From assembly GCA_000002445.1 (NCBI GenBank), contig CH464491.1:4224001-4288000 (forward strand): a DNA stretch of 64,000 bases, read 5' to 3'. The DNA comes from Trypanosoma brucei (lineage: Eukaryota). The notes beneath the pieces were generated by a model, which was not told the origin of the DNA, did no database searches, and saw only the letters and a program-made list of their open reading frames with translations. Made by a program: the position numbers and the translations under genes. Positions 50,402 through 62,091 of the stretch are shown piece after piece (position 1 is the first letter of the stretch; the number at the start of each line of letters is the position of its first letter).

Positions 50402-51152
50402 AAACTGATGATAACCTACCCCAAACGTGAAAACAGTGCGCCCGTATTCCATCACATACCCAGTCAGTTATAACATCTGTTGTGGTTCACCTGCTAACTA
50501 CATCATATTTTTCCGCTCCCGGTTGGTGAGCCCAGACACACGTAACAGCGGTGGCAATGTTTACAACAGCCTTCACGGCATTTCTTCCTAATGCGCTCCC
50601 ATTTTACTTCCTACAATCTCCTATGGATTTGAGAAGAAAAGCTAATTTATTTTTAAACGTTGGCATACGCTTACCCGTTCGGCACCGTTGTCTGACAAGC
50701 CACTACGTTTCAACCGTTCCGGGACGAAACGCAAAACAACACCAGCTTCATTATTACCATTATTATTCGTCGCGATTTCCCTAATGACCACAGGAAGCAA
50801 GGGAAATTGTAAATATGAAAGTCGTACTTACGTGTTTTTAACTGCTCAACAGAGCTGCTGGCACCACCACCCCTCCCCCTCCTTCTCATCCACAACACAC
50901 AATTGGCATCCTCGTAGGTATTTAGCCAACTGAAGGAATTATGTCAATGACACACGCGCATAGGTCTCCTAGCGAGTTTGCCATTCCTTTTCTGAGCCCT
51001 CTTTATTTTATCCCTAAGAGGGTGATGGGCTACGGGAATAAAGAAGGGAAAGAGGGTAGAGGCCCACATTCTGAAAAAAAAGCCTACTACAGAGCGAATG
51101 ATCCCTTGAGCCCTGACTTATTATTTGCTCCTTGCTTCACTTCATATGGTTA

Positions 51153-54100
51153 TTAGCAGCAACCGTATCGTTCAAGGGAAGAGAGCAACTCCGCTGACAA
51201 AAACTGCGGACACGTCTCCCTCCACTTCTGACCGTGGCTTTGCAACATTTTTTTTATGCCTTCGTTAACTAACAGATGCTTCTGCTTCTCCTCAACGGTA
51301 GGAGAGGCCAGCACCTTAGCGATGCACTGTGCCATCTCTACCCAGCACTGAGTCACTACAAATTCCCTCTGCTCGTCTAAAATGTGAACCAGCGTGCGGA
51401 TGGCATTGGCATTCTCTGAACGGTCCACACGCATTGGCAATCCTCCAAGAATGGATGGCACAACAGTCGCGAGAGGCACAACTCCCGGTGAAAGGCATCG
51501 CACCATCGAACAAATCGCTGAGATGGCATTGTCAACAGCGGCAGGTATCTCCTCACATCCGCCAACGACAAGCCAAAGCGCTTGCAGAAGCGGCGTCGCT
51601 GCAGCTTCAGTGTTGAAGCGCCCGGAACAGCTCTCCACCAACACACGAATCATGTATGCACAGTTGGCGCGTGCAGTCGACTCGTCTGTAGAAGATATTA
51701 ACTCCAGTGCGAGGGTAACGGCATGGTCCACAAATGGAGCCGCCTCCGGACCGAGGGACTCAAGAATTGATGCAATGGAACCCGTTGCCATCACAACGTC
51801 CTCCGACGGGCGATCCAAGGAAGCGTAGGGAAGTAGTAGCGGCAAAATCACCTCGGCTAACATTCTAAACCCTGGACCATACGCCTTCGCAAACGCCTCA
51901 ACCATTTCGCATACGGCATCCATCAGCACTCCATCATGGTCCTCTCCCAAAAGCAACTGGTCTCCATCAGAGCCGGCAGCCCCGGTGGCTTCTCCATCAG
52001 AGCTATCGGAAGCATCATCATCTTCATCTTCCCGCTGGTACGGCATCCGCTGTTGCAGGAGGCGTGTTACAATTTGGAGGAACTCGCTAGTGTCTGCGAG
52101 GAACAACTGTGGCCCAAAGAACTTAAACAGTAACTCAAAGGCGTCGCATGCTGCTGCTACAACCTCCTTGTCCTCTTCCCCTTCCCCCCGAATACAGGGG
52201 AGAAGGGTTTCGTTAACGAGTGTGTTAAGTCGCTCACGCGCGGCCGGGGCCAACGTGTCTAGTGCGGTGTCCTTTATGACGCACTCAGATCCATGAACAG
52301 CCTGAGTCAACTTCGCTAATGCAAGAAGGGTGCTGCAGCGGATGTTGCTGTGGAAATGCACATCAAGATCTGCAAGTGCGGCCCAGCAGGCGTCTATACG
52401 CTGGGTGCCTAGACTCGACATCAACACCTCCGCACAGACTCCAACAAAGTAAACGGCGCTGCTCTTCTCTTCCAGGTCAGCTGTACGAACACGCCCGTGG
52501 ATCTCTTCCGCGTCACTTCCATCGCTGCCGCAGCACTTGTCATCATCATTATCATCGTCACCAACCTCATCTCCCCCAATCACGGCTTTCATGGTGTTGC
52601 ACTCATCGTCCATCTTAAAATGGGGCATGGCACCACCTGCGAGGAGATGTTTGTTTTCGTAGTGCGCTCGATCCTCTGCTATCGTCTGCAACGCACAGTT
52701 AATGGTGTCATCGAGGTATGGGATAAAATCTCCCCGCAACAATTCACAGATGTTGGAAAGAAAACCAAAACTTTCCTCGCGTAATTGAGGCTGCCGGGTA
52801 CGCAAATTTTCCGCTACCTGCTCCATGAAAAATGAAAGGTGTGGCATGAACGTCTCTCTTCCCATCGCTGCTGCCACGACACCAGCCGTTTCCGTCGCTC
52901 TCGCACGCAACAGGATCGTCTCCGGTGAGGTCATGGTTAGCGGTGGCTTCAGCAACTCGAGACAGTGTCCCGCATGTTGTTTAAATGAAGCGCACTGGGT
53001 TGTCGCTAACGACGCGATGACACCGCACAGCTCGCTTTGCGTCTGTAGCGAACTGCACCCGATTGCCTCCAACACCGCGGGGAGTAAAACTGAAACGTGT
53101 GGCTCTACATCTCCTGCCAGGTTTTCGCACAACGTGTCAAGCGCACAGGCAGCTCGGCGCCGGACCGCATCCACCTCATCCCTTAATAACGGCACGAGCA
53201 TGGGGAACAGTTGCTCATGGTGAGTTAAAATCTCCGGTTGTAAATGTAGGCAAAAGTAGATGAGAGCAAAGGCAGCAGCTTCACGCGGCACAGGCTCGCT
53301 ATCGCTGAGAAGTTGCTGCGTAAACTCCAAAACGTACCGTACACGGCGCCTCAAATACCCTGGATTACCCTCTGCCAAACAAGCAAGAGCGAGGATCGAA
53401 GCTTTTCGCTCCTTGGGACCCACCGCCTGTGGGCTCTGTGCAACCGGTGAAATCAACGGTAAAAGCGCTCCTGTGAAAGACTTCGCGGCAACTTTTGTTG
53501 CTATCGTACTAAGCAGGCGACCAGCAAACAAACAAGGTGGATCCACGTGCAGCATATCCGCAGCATCATTCTCATCGCTTTGAGAGTCATCACAGTTTTC
53601 CATGCCCTCCGTATGCGCAACCTCTGGCAGGGAAATTGCGTTGTCCTCACTCATTACTTGCACACAGGCGGAAACAAGGGGCTCCAGCACGGTGGTGGAG
53701 ACGAATTTTGGCTTCTGATTAACCAAACTTGCAAGCACCTCAGCACAGCTCTGCCGCACACGAGGTTGAATTGCTCCATTGGTCATAACAGAAAGCACCT
53801 CCAAAGCCACACTGCGGAGGAGAGCCCCGTGTTTCTTCACACTGAGGTCCTCCACCAGCTGCTCAAGAAGGTCCAACACATCCACGCAAAGATTAGTTTT
53901 GGTTTCTTCGGTCCCGCACTTAGTCAACAGCGCCAAGCACTGAGGCACAAGCTGCTGCAGCAACTGTTCCCACACTTTTGTCTGCCCCCGGATAAAGACA
54001 AAGAGCGTACCGACAGCCTTCACCGCCGATCGCTGAACAGCATCTTCCGAATCCAACATGCCTTGAAGCACCGCCTCCACGACGGGCAAGCAATGGGTAT

Positions 54101-54602
54101 CAGCTTCACTCATCACTTCAGCCACACTATAAGCAAGAACCATCGCCAACTCACGCATCTCCGCACGCGGATCGATTACTGCGGCACGAATGGCGTAGTT
54201 AAGCTCCGGCCAGCCACCGTCCTCGTCCATTGCATCTGCTTTTGCCACCCGCGTGACAAGATGCGCAAGAGCCAGGCGAACAGCCTTCACCGGCTCACAG
54301 CCGAGCTGCTCGAGAAGCGCCCCCTTAAAATCCCCACGTGACTCGGAAGGAATGGTACGCCACAATGACAAAACTTTCTTTCGAAGCAGCACTGCTGCCA
54401 GTTGCCGAACTCCCGGTGAAGATCCCTGCACATCTCGAAGCATCACCATCAGTAATGTCAGAGTCGACGGGGTGGTGAGCAACTGCACAACAGACTTTTC
54501 CACATTGCGGCGCTCATTGTTGTCAGTTGAGTGTAGGATAACGTGAAGCATCATCTGCAGCTGCTCCCTGCTCACAATACCTTCGGAAGCTGCGGTGGTC
54601 AT
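51153..54602 (-). CDS. Importin-beta family nuclear transport receptor (importin-4/Kap123-like), 1149 aa, HEAT repeats with an internal acidic loop
   Basis: N-terminal importin-N-like region with VRQLAAVLLRKKVLSLW (compare importin-4/Kap123 RQLAAVLLRRR). The protein is alpha-helical HEAT-like throughout, with an acidic D/E/S insertion (EDEDDDASDSSDGE) common in karyopherins. Confidence 0.55.
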   Translation of the reverse strand: MTTAASEGIVSREQLQMMLHVILHSTDNNERRNVEKSVVQLLTTPSTLTLLMVMLRDVQGSSPGVRQLAAVLLRKKVLSLWRTIPSESRGDFKGALLEQLGCEPVKAVRLALAHLVTRVAKADAMDEDGGWPELNYAIRAAVIDPRAEMRELAMVLAYSVAEVMSEADTHCLPVVEAVLQGMLDSEDAVQRSAVKAVGTLFVFIRGQTKVWEQLLQQLVPQCLALLTKCGTEETKTNLCVDVLDLLEQLVEDLSVKKHGALLRSVALEVLSVMTNGAIQPRVRQSCAEVLASLVNQKPKFVSTTVLEPLVSACVQVMSEDNAISLPEVAHTEGMENCDDSQSDENDAADMLHVDPPCLFAGRLLSTIATKVAAKSFTGALLPLISPVAQSPQAVGPKERKASILALACLAEGNPGYLRRRVRYVLEFTQQLLSDSEPVPREAAAFALIYFCLHLQPEILTHHEQLFPMLVPLLRDEVDAVRRRAACALDTLCENLAGDVEPHVSVLLPAVLEAIGCSSLQTQSELCGVIASLATTQCASFKQHAGHCLELLKPPLTMTSPETILLRARATETAGVVAAAMGRETFMPHLSFFMEQVAENLRTRQPQLREESFGFLSNICELLRGDFIPYLDDTINCALQTIAEDRAHYENKHLLAGGAMPHFKMDDECNTMKAVIGGDEVGDDDNDDDKCCGSDGSDAEEIHGRVRTADLEEKSSAVYFVGVCAEVLMSSLGTQRIDACWAALADLDVHFHSNIRCSTLLALAKLTQAVHGSECVIKDTALDTLAPAARERLNTLVNETLLPCIRGEGEEDKEVVAAACDAFELLFKFFGPQLFLADTSEFLQIVTRLLQQRMPYQREDEDDDASDSSDGEATGAAGSDGDQLLLGEDHDGVLMDAVCEMVEAFAKAYGPGFRMLAEVILPLLLPYASLDRPSEDVVMATGSIASILESLGPEAAPFVDHAVTLALELISSTDESTARANCAYMIRVLVESCSGRFNTEAAATPLLQALWLVVGGCEEIPAAVDNAISAICSMVRCLSPGVVPLATVVPSILGGLPMRVDRSENANAIRTLVHILDEQREFVVTQCWVEMAQCIAKVLASPTVEEKQKHLLVNEGIKKMLQSHGQKWRETCPQFLSAELLSSLERYGCC

Positions 54603-55380
54603 ATCTTTAAATACACTAACGCGCTCCTGCTTTCTCCTTTATGTTTGTCCTACCCGCCGCGTGCACCTCTACTCGGGACGTTGTGACTACTATGATCGTG
54701 AATAATAAAAGAGGGAATATAAAGAATCTGATGTAAACGAAGGGACTCCTCGAGGAATATCTCTTCAGACGCTAATAGATGGGGAGGAGCACATGTAGAG
54801 CGGTATGGTAAACAGAACTCACCGGAGCGGATTAATAACAACGTTAAGTCGACAAAATAATTATATATATATATATCCTTCAACTTTGTTTTTAACCGAG
54901 CATATTTCAGTCCGTTTGTTTCTTGGTTTAACAGCAGTTAGTTACCGATTTTTCTTTTTAATTTTGCTTTGTTTCTGTCTCTCGCTAGAGTCCGTGCCCG
55001 TTTCAGGCAGAACAATCGATGACAAATAAAAGGGAGCTAAGCACACGCACACGCACACGCACGCATGCACAAGAAAGAAAAGCTGAACAAGAATTGGCCA
55101 TCAGCCACACTATAAACAAGTAAAACTTGCTTCTAACTACCACAACACCTTTGCATCCCCACAATAACTAAATAACAATGTCATGAGGGAATAAAATGAT
55201 CCTTAACTCCCACACCATCGCCACAAGCGCACGCAGCGCATTAATTCTCTCTTCCTTCATTCCTTTACTGGCCCAACTCCTTCAACTACGGTCCTGCACA
55301 TGTACCTCTTTTCAACACTCCCATTCCCGCGTTGCTACTCTTCCTATTGAATTTTTTTTCTTTCAACCTCCTCTTTTTCA

Positions 55381-55399
55381 TATATATATATATATATAT
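55381..55399. repeat. (TA)9 microsatellite
   Basis: tatatatatatatatatat read directly. Confidence 0.9.
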
Positions 55400-56053
55400 T
55401 CTTTCGGTTTGTTTTTCAAGGCCTCTACTCCACCTCATTTTCCTCTCGGCAGTCTTTTTTTGTTTTCTATCTCTTCAGATTTCGTTGTAATTGTAAATAC
55501 GCTTGGCTGACGTCTACGTACCGACCTTCAGTAGCACATGCTCAAACACAAACACAAACAAAGCAAAAATAGGGTAAGTAAAGAACCACAACCGCCAACA
55601 ACCATCGTCATGAGGGAGCTTCAACGTGGAATCAGAAGTATTAAAAGAATTTAGAAACGAAAAAAAATTAGAAGGGAGTGAGCAACAACAACAAAAAGAT
55701 AGTAACAAACAGTTTAGAGAATACAAAATATCTCTTCTGTCCTTCACTTCAGTTTCCACACGTCACCATAAGCACTCATATCTCTCACCCTTTCTTTCTC
55801 CTTGTGTCTCTTCCCCTCCCTTCTTCCATTCTATCGCTTATTCCACCTCTGATGTTACTGTCACATTCTAGTGTGATCACACTTCTAAATGTTTCTTAAT
55901 ATTTACCCCCTTATATACACCTTTCTCTCCCTAAATCTCTCTCACTCTCTATCACTCACAAACACACACAAGCTTTTATTCATCATCAAGTGTGATCGCT
56001 GGCCTCAAGCACACTGGCGTAATATGTGATGAAAATGCAACCCCTCAATGACA

Positions 56054-56605
56054 TTACGAGTACTTATCCACCATGGCGAAGACAATAGCAATGAGATAAA
56101 TAACAATCAATGCAATTTCAATGCAAATATGAATGTAAGAGTCCCGTTCAAGGCGACCCACCTCTCGCCACAAGCTGGTCGCATCAACAAAATAAGTACC
56201 ACACCACATGCGCCATAATGAGTAAAGTAATGCCACCAAAATGCTAACGCCCATTGGGATATTAGTCAAAAGAAATGTGGCATGTAAAAACTGAATGAAA
56301 CGCAGTCCAATATACACTTCCATAACGGGATTGATCGCTCGCTCACATTCTAATACGTTAAGGCATTTGTCACGGCAGTCAGCAATGTTTAATGCAAATA
56401 GCATCGCAAATATCAACATGATAACCTGCAGAAGTCCACAAGCAATCCAAGCCCCGATAAAATGCATGACACTTGCGAATAAAGCAATTGCAGCCAAGCA
56501 ATAGGCAAAAACAAAAAGATACGCCCGCTTACGCTCTCCCCAGGAATGCTTGGAAGGGTAACGAAGCGCATGCCATACATCCGCCTGGTGCTGAAGTATA
56601 CCCAT
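56054..56605 (-). CDS. Small multi-pass membrane protein, 183 aa, tentatively cornichon/Erv14-like ER cargo receptor
   Basis: Three to four hydrophobic helices. The short loop ADCRDKCLNVLECERAINPVME resembles the cornichon DELKTDYKNPIDQCNTLNP loop. The later ALLYSLWRMW and C-terminal IALIVIYLIAIVFAMV resemble cornichon YHIWRYM and the final TM. A weak, by-eye similarity only. Confidence 0.35.
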   Translation of the reverse strand: MGILQHQADVWHALRYPSKHSWGERKRAYLFVFAYCLAAIALFASVMHFIGAWIACGLLQVIMLIFAMLFALNIADCRDKCLNVLECERAINPVMEVYIGLRFIQFLHATFLLTNIPMGVSILVALLYSLWRMWCGTYFVDATSLWREVGRLERDSYIHICIEIALIVIYLIAIVFAMVDKYS

Positions 56606-57038
56606 CAGACGACTACGCTATGGAAAGGAACAATGGCAAACCGAAGGGAGGGGGGAAACAAAAATAGTTATGGTGAAAAGTGAATTTAACACTGCCAATT
56701 TAAAAAAAAAAAGCCACAACAACAGCAACAACAAAGGAAAGGGGGGAAAATAAAGAAAAGAAAAGGGAGGAGGGAATAAGGAAGAAACCAAATAGGATGA
56801 GAGGGGAGGGGACACACACAAAAAAGAAAAAGCAACAAGAAACAACAGGAAAAAAAAAGGCAAAAAGGGATAAACATTAATGGAAGTTAAGCAGTTGAGC
56901 GACAACCAACACCAACACAGTCACTACTTCCTCCCCTGGTCCCACACCTGCCTGAACAAAAGAGAAGTTTAAGACGCAGGAGATGCATATTTGTATTTGT
57001 ATATATGTATGTGTGTTTTATAAAATAATTAGATAAAA

Positions 57039-57066
57039 CACACACACACACATATATATATATATA
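57039..57066. repeat. (CA)7(TA)8 compound microsatellite
   Basis: acacacacacacaca tatatatatatatata read directly. Confidence 0.9.
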
Positions 57067-58226
57067 CAAATACAAACATAGGACCTATCAGTTAAGGAGT
57101 AGGAACGTTACTTGAACAGGCCCCCCAAAAAAAAGCAGAGAAAAGAAAAAGAACCAGATTAACGCACAAACAGTTTCTTGTTATGATCGCTCTTTCACCT
57201 TCTTCTTTCATTTTTTCTTTTCGCATTGGTTTTAAATGACCTTCGCGCAAGCCTAATGAATCGTAATTACCATAACCACAAGGATACCTCATAATTTTTG
57301 TTTTCCTTCAATATTCAGTTCTTTTTCTATATTTATTATCTTCTTGGCCTTTGTTCTTGTTCTTGTTTTTTTTTTTGCTTTTTCTTTCCGCATTCACATA
57401 TGAGCATCATTTCCCCCCTTTCCTCGTCATTTTTTTTTCCTTTTTACCTTCCCCTCCTTTACATCATGGAAAAACAGCAGCATTAACCTTCAAAGAAGGA
57501 AACACCAAAAACGACAGCAAAGACGAAAAAAAAAAGAAAAAAATGACAAACACAATTGATGACAATAAAAATGAATGATTTTGTGAATTTACGCATCCGC
57601 TTCATCTTCTTGATCTGTTGTTCGTTTCTTTGTTTATTTGCTTCTTTTTTTTTCTTTTCTTTTCGTTCCTTCACGGCTCCTCACCACATTTCTCTCCAAT
57701 ATCAATGATTTCATGGGTTGCGAAGTTGGGCTTTTCCCCCCCTCTTTCTTTCGTTCTTTTGTGAGTGTATGTCCATGTTTTGTGTGTTGCCTTGTATTCG
57801 GTCACAGCAACGATATAGCGGTAATGATCATAACAATAAAAATGAAGAACATGATAATAATAATCATGATAATAATACACGTGTGAGTATATAAAAGTAT
57901 AAATATAAATAAGCATATAAACTTAAATATATTTATATATACATGTACAGTGCAACAATAATAATAATAATAGTATTAATACTGTTTGTGGGAAAATCCA
58001 CCAAGTGATCAATGAGACGATGAAGGGAAGAATTTACAGCAGACAAAGAGGAAGAAGAAGAAAAAAAAAACAAAAGAGAAACCCCCTCCACTTTTGCACG
58101 TATTTTGCATTTGCAGAAAAACGAAGGCCTCTATTTCATCCCTTTCTTTTTTCAATTTCTTTCTTGTTGCTTTTTCTATTTATATCTCTGCATCCTACTC
58201 TGTTTCACGCATTGAAATAAGTTACT

Positions 58227-58292
58227 ATAATAATAATAATAGTAATAGTAATAATAGTAATAATAATAATTGTTGTGATTATTATTATTATT
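58227..58292. repeat. (TAA/TAG)n array ending in a perfect 12-bp inverted repeat aataataataat-tgttgtg-attattattatt
   Basis: Read directly: 58259..58270 aataataataat, 7-nt spacer, 58278..58292 attattattattatt. Confidence 0.85.
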
Positions 58293-59065
58293 GTTTCTGG
58301 TGACGCTAATTCATATCCACTTTAATTTGCTAATATTTCCCTCCTCTCCCCACTCACTTCTCTTCCTTCTCTATATTCCCTGTTCCTTTTTATTACGTTT
58401 CATTTCACTTCCTTATCTTCATTTTTGTCAGACCCTATTCCGCTATGTTTATTCACCTATTTAATTCAATTCAGTTTCCCTCTATTGAGGAGGGGTTTAA
58501 TACTCGCCTTACTGTTGTTGTTTTCTTGGCCTCTTTTTTTTTTTCAAATCTCTTTTTCCATTTCATTTTTTCATTAATTTAAATGAATTTTTTTGCTTTC
58601 TTTCTTTCATTTTTCAAAGAAAAAAGGGCTATTCTTTAAATTGAGGTTTGTTTGTTTGTTTGATGTTGTTGTTGTTGTTTTTTCCACTCCCCTTCAAATC
58701 CCTCTTCTTTTCCTTCTTTCTTATCCCACCCTACATTTTCTTTTGATATTCATGAATATTTAACACCCAACCTCAATTATATTCCTTCCCATTTTTCATG
58801 CATCGGAGGGTATTTGATTCACACAACGAAAAAAGAAAAAAAACAAAAAAATTAATTTGGTAGAAAAATAAACAAATAAACAAATAACGTGAAGAGAAGA
58901 AAAGAAAGGAAAGGAAGGAAAGAGAACGGAAATAACTGAAATACAGACAAAATTAATGCACAAATACTTTAAAATATATCAATAAAATTAAAAACACGAA
59001 AAACAAAAAAAACAAACGAAAAAATTACAAAAAAACTTAATAGGTAACAAGGTGAAGGATTAAAA

Positions 59066-59084
59066 ACACACACACACACACACA
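59066..59084. repeat. (CA)9 microsatellite
   Basis: acacacacacacacacaca read directly. Confidence 0.9.
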
Positions 59085-60548
59085 AATTTAAACAACAGTC
59101 CGCCTGGCCACATTCTCCAGAAAATTATACACTTACGCATATGAAGAGATGAAATGAAATTTAATGAATGAATGAGTGAATGAACAAAAGAAGAAAAAAA
59201 ATTAAATCAAATTTAAAAGGCAGCAAAAATATCGGGATTATTATTATTGTTATTATTATTATTTCCTTGTGTCCTGTGAGCTAGCAGAAGCCGACAAGCG
59301 TGTGTTAGTGAAGGCAGTTGTCACGCACCAAAAACACGTGCACACGTGAAAACAAAGCGAAAAGAAAAAAAAACAAAAAAACCGAAATGGAGAGGTGTGA
59401 AGAGAAAAGGGAAATACATTTTTCTACAGAAGCCATCAAATATATAAATGTACGAAAAGGAGGAACAACAGAAGAGAAAGAGTAGAATAGAAAGAGTAGG
59501 AAAGGGGGAAAAAAGAAGACTTTGTTATTTCGGAGTTTGTTTGAGTTCCGTTTGTTGTTGTAACCCTAAAGATGGTGTTGGAGGGAATATCATAATAATA
59601 ATAATAATAACAACAATAAGGATAAGAAACGCGAGAGAGACGAAAAGCGTGAAAAACGAACAAAAAAGTGAGGCGCTTTTCAGTGATATAAATTTAATAT
59701 GCCAAAAGGCGGTAGCATGGCTTTAATTACAAACAAACATGAACAAAGGAACAAAAATAAAGCAAACGTTAAGGAAAACATTGACGGTAGAACAAAACAA
59801 AACAAAACATTCACTGCTACCAATGGGCATGCACATTTCCAAACACAAACGCATACATACACAAGTGAAATCAAATACAAATATATTTCATCACACAAAT
59901 AAATTAAGAAATATACACGTATATGCTTGGAAGCGCGCATGCCCACTTATTGTTCTGAATGTTTTTATACGTTCTCTTCTGCATGTAGATTTTTTTTGTA
60001 AAAAACTTTAATTTTTTTTTCTTATCGTACGTGTGAAAAGGGAAGGCATCTGCATTTGGGCGTTCTGTTTTGATTTTTGTTGTATACCGAAAGGAAAGAA
60101 AGAAAAAAACCATGGATGTGCCAACGCGTGGCCCAACGAATATGAGGAAGATAGAAAAGTTATGATTAATAAATGTAGTTCAGTTTCTTTTTAAAAAAAA
60201 AAAGCACAAAGAAAGAAGAAATGAAGTAACTTCCTTACACTTTTTGTTCATCTCATTTTCCCTCGCATTTTTCCTTTTTCACCCATCCTACTGACACATT
60301 TGTTTCTCCGCAAATTCCCTAAAAGTAAACAAAAACCCCTCCGAAATAAAAAAACCTTCACCGCTTGCCAAACGTTGAGAAGTACTCATTTTGTTTTTTT
60401 TTCGTTTAAAAGAAAACAACAACACATACACATACACACACACTAGCACATGGGAAAAAGAAAAAGAAAAAATCCATCCTCCCCCTTTTTTTTTCCATTC
60501 TTCTTCATGGTTTCAAAAACAAAACAAAGCAGAAAACCAAACAGCGAT

Positions 60549-61604
60549 TTACCGTGGAGGAAAAGACCACCACGTAACTCCTCCTGCTGCCGTTGCCACC
60601 ATCGAATATTGAGGATTGACACTCATGGCAATGGGATCCCCATCAGCTACGCATAGAATTTCATAACGTAATGACCCCCATCGCGATTTTGCCCGAGAAC
60701 CATGATATACGAGTAACCTTGTATCTTTCCCTGATGTGGAATCCAACTGAACCACGGGCGAGTGGCCTAAATATGGGTGAACATATCTCGCACCAACGGA
60801 ACAACTTGAATTGATCCCGTCAATGGTTCCCTTAATACCAAAATTTGCACCTCGTACGGCATTTTGCCTCAGGTCATACAAGAGAACTCCACCACACTCG
60901 TAAGTTAGGAGCAATTCTTCGCCCCCGCTCCCAATATCCATCCCGATACAACGACGTTCCCCGCAGGAGTCGCAGTGGGGTAACATTTTGTTGTGCTGCA
61001 ATGTAAGCAGCGGCCCAGAGAAGAGTTTACGATAGTCGTACACGCGAACACATGAATCATCGCTCACTAACAACTGCGTTCCTTCAGGACTAAAAGAAAT
61101 AGCGCCACCACCACCAATGAATGTGTTTTCTGCTGAAGCCGCTACCGCTCCCGAAATGAGGGGATGGAAAAGAAGCAGTCGACCCTGAGCGGAAAACACG
61201 GCGGCGATCGTATCGTTGCATGGAGACTGCGCTATAGCGGTGTATGCCGGACGATTGGGGATTGCAGGCACAACTGGCACAGTATCACTTACAAATGACA
61301 TGGAAGCAAAAAGCTGCGCAGTGTTGAGATTGAGAAGATATAAATGGCCATCACATGGGCGATGTGAAGCTAAGCACACAACGCCACTCGACTGCGTGAA
61401 ACGGGCGCGCCACAAACCCACAGTGTTGAGGGCGATCGTCTCCTTGTGTTTAATTTCGGTAACGTCTACAAGCCTCATCGCATCATCCGTATGGGTAGAC
61501 AGAAAATACTTTCCGTCAAGGGAGAAGTCTATTGAGGTGGATCGTGGGTCACCATAGGCCGAAAAGAAACTCGCTGCGATTTCTACCGGTGTATAATTTT
61601 TCAT
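60549..61604 (-). CDS. WD40 repeat protein, 351 aa (WDR82/Swd2-like layout, tentative)
   Basis: Repeated beta-propeller blades (DGKYFLSTHTDDAMRLVDV, GHLYLLNLNT, QLLVSDDSCVRVYDYR, LLLTYECGGVLLYDLR). Overall length and N-terminal blade spacing resemble WDR82. Confidence 0.55.
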   Translation of the reverse strand: MKNYTPVEIAASFFSAYGDPRSTSIDFSLDGKYFLSTHTDDAMRLVDVTEIKHKETIALNTVGLWRARFTQSSGVVCLASHRPCDGHLYLLNLNTAQLFASMSFVSDTVPVVPAIPNRPAYTAIAQSPCNDTIAAVFSAQGRLLLFHPLISGAVAASAENTFIGGGGAISFSPEGTQLLVSDDSCVRVYDYRKLFSGPLLTLQHNKMLPHCDSCGERRCIGMDIGSGGEELLLTYECGGVLLYDLRQNAVRGANFGIKGTIDGINSSCSVGARYVHPYLGHSPVVQLDSTSGKDTRLLVYHGSRAKSRWGSLRYEILCVADGDPIAMSVNPQYSMVATAAGGVTWWSFPPR

Positions 61605-62091
61605 GCTTTCCTTCCGTTAGACACTCACCGGTGTGCGGCAGTTGCCACCACCACACCCAATCGCGGGAGACGCCAACTCTTTTCGCCTTTTCAGTCGGTT
61701 ATTGAAGGAAGAGAAAGACAAAAGGTAATGCGCATGAACTAGGCGTGACATCCAAGCAGACACAAAGGAGAAGCTGCCCACAGCGCGCGAAATAAAATTA
61801 ATACGCAACACCACAAGTACAAAGAGAAGGAAGATTTACACGTTCAGTTGGTCGGATAAAACGACAAAAAAGGGGAATGTGAAGTGATGTACACAGAAGG
61901 AAACGGCAGATCAACAACAACAACAACAACAAGCTCTGCTTCTCTCTTCCGCCCGCTACATATACACACAAGCAGAAACAGGTGCCATACCCCGTAAGGA
62001 GTTATCCAAAGTTTTCAACATCGGCTTCGCTTCACCTTTATCCTCACGGTTTGTGTGCAAAACGGTTAAAAAGTACTGAAACCTCCATGCA

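Noticed and set aside
53547-54341. 264-aa plus-strand ORF overlapping the importin gene
   Set aside because: Antisense to a convincing 1149-aa HEAT-repeat ORF. No recognisable motifs. The same reasoning rejects 51985..52296, 52319..52618, 52825..53223 and 53260..53583.
56618-57916. Several 60-95-aa ORFs (F/L/C-rich or K/E-rich) in the long spacer 56606..60548
   Set aside because: Translations of T/C-rich or A/G-rich low-complexity DNA (e.g. FFFLLFLVAF, KERKEKKKKEANKQ). They are redundant across frames and strands, with no start context or motif.
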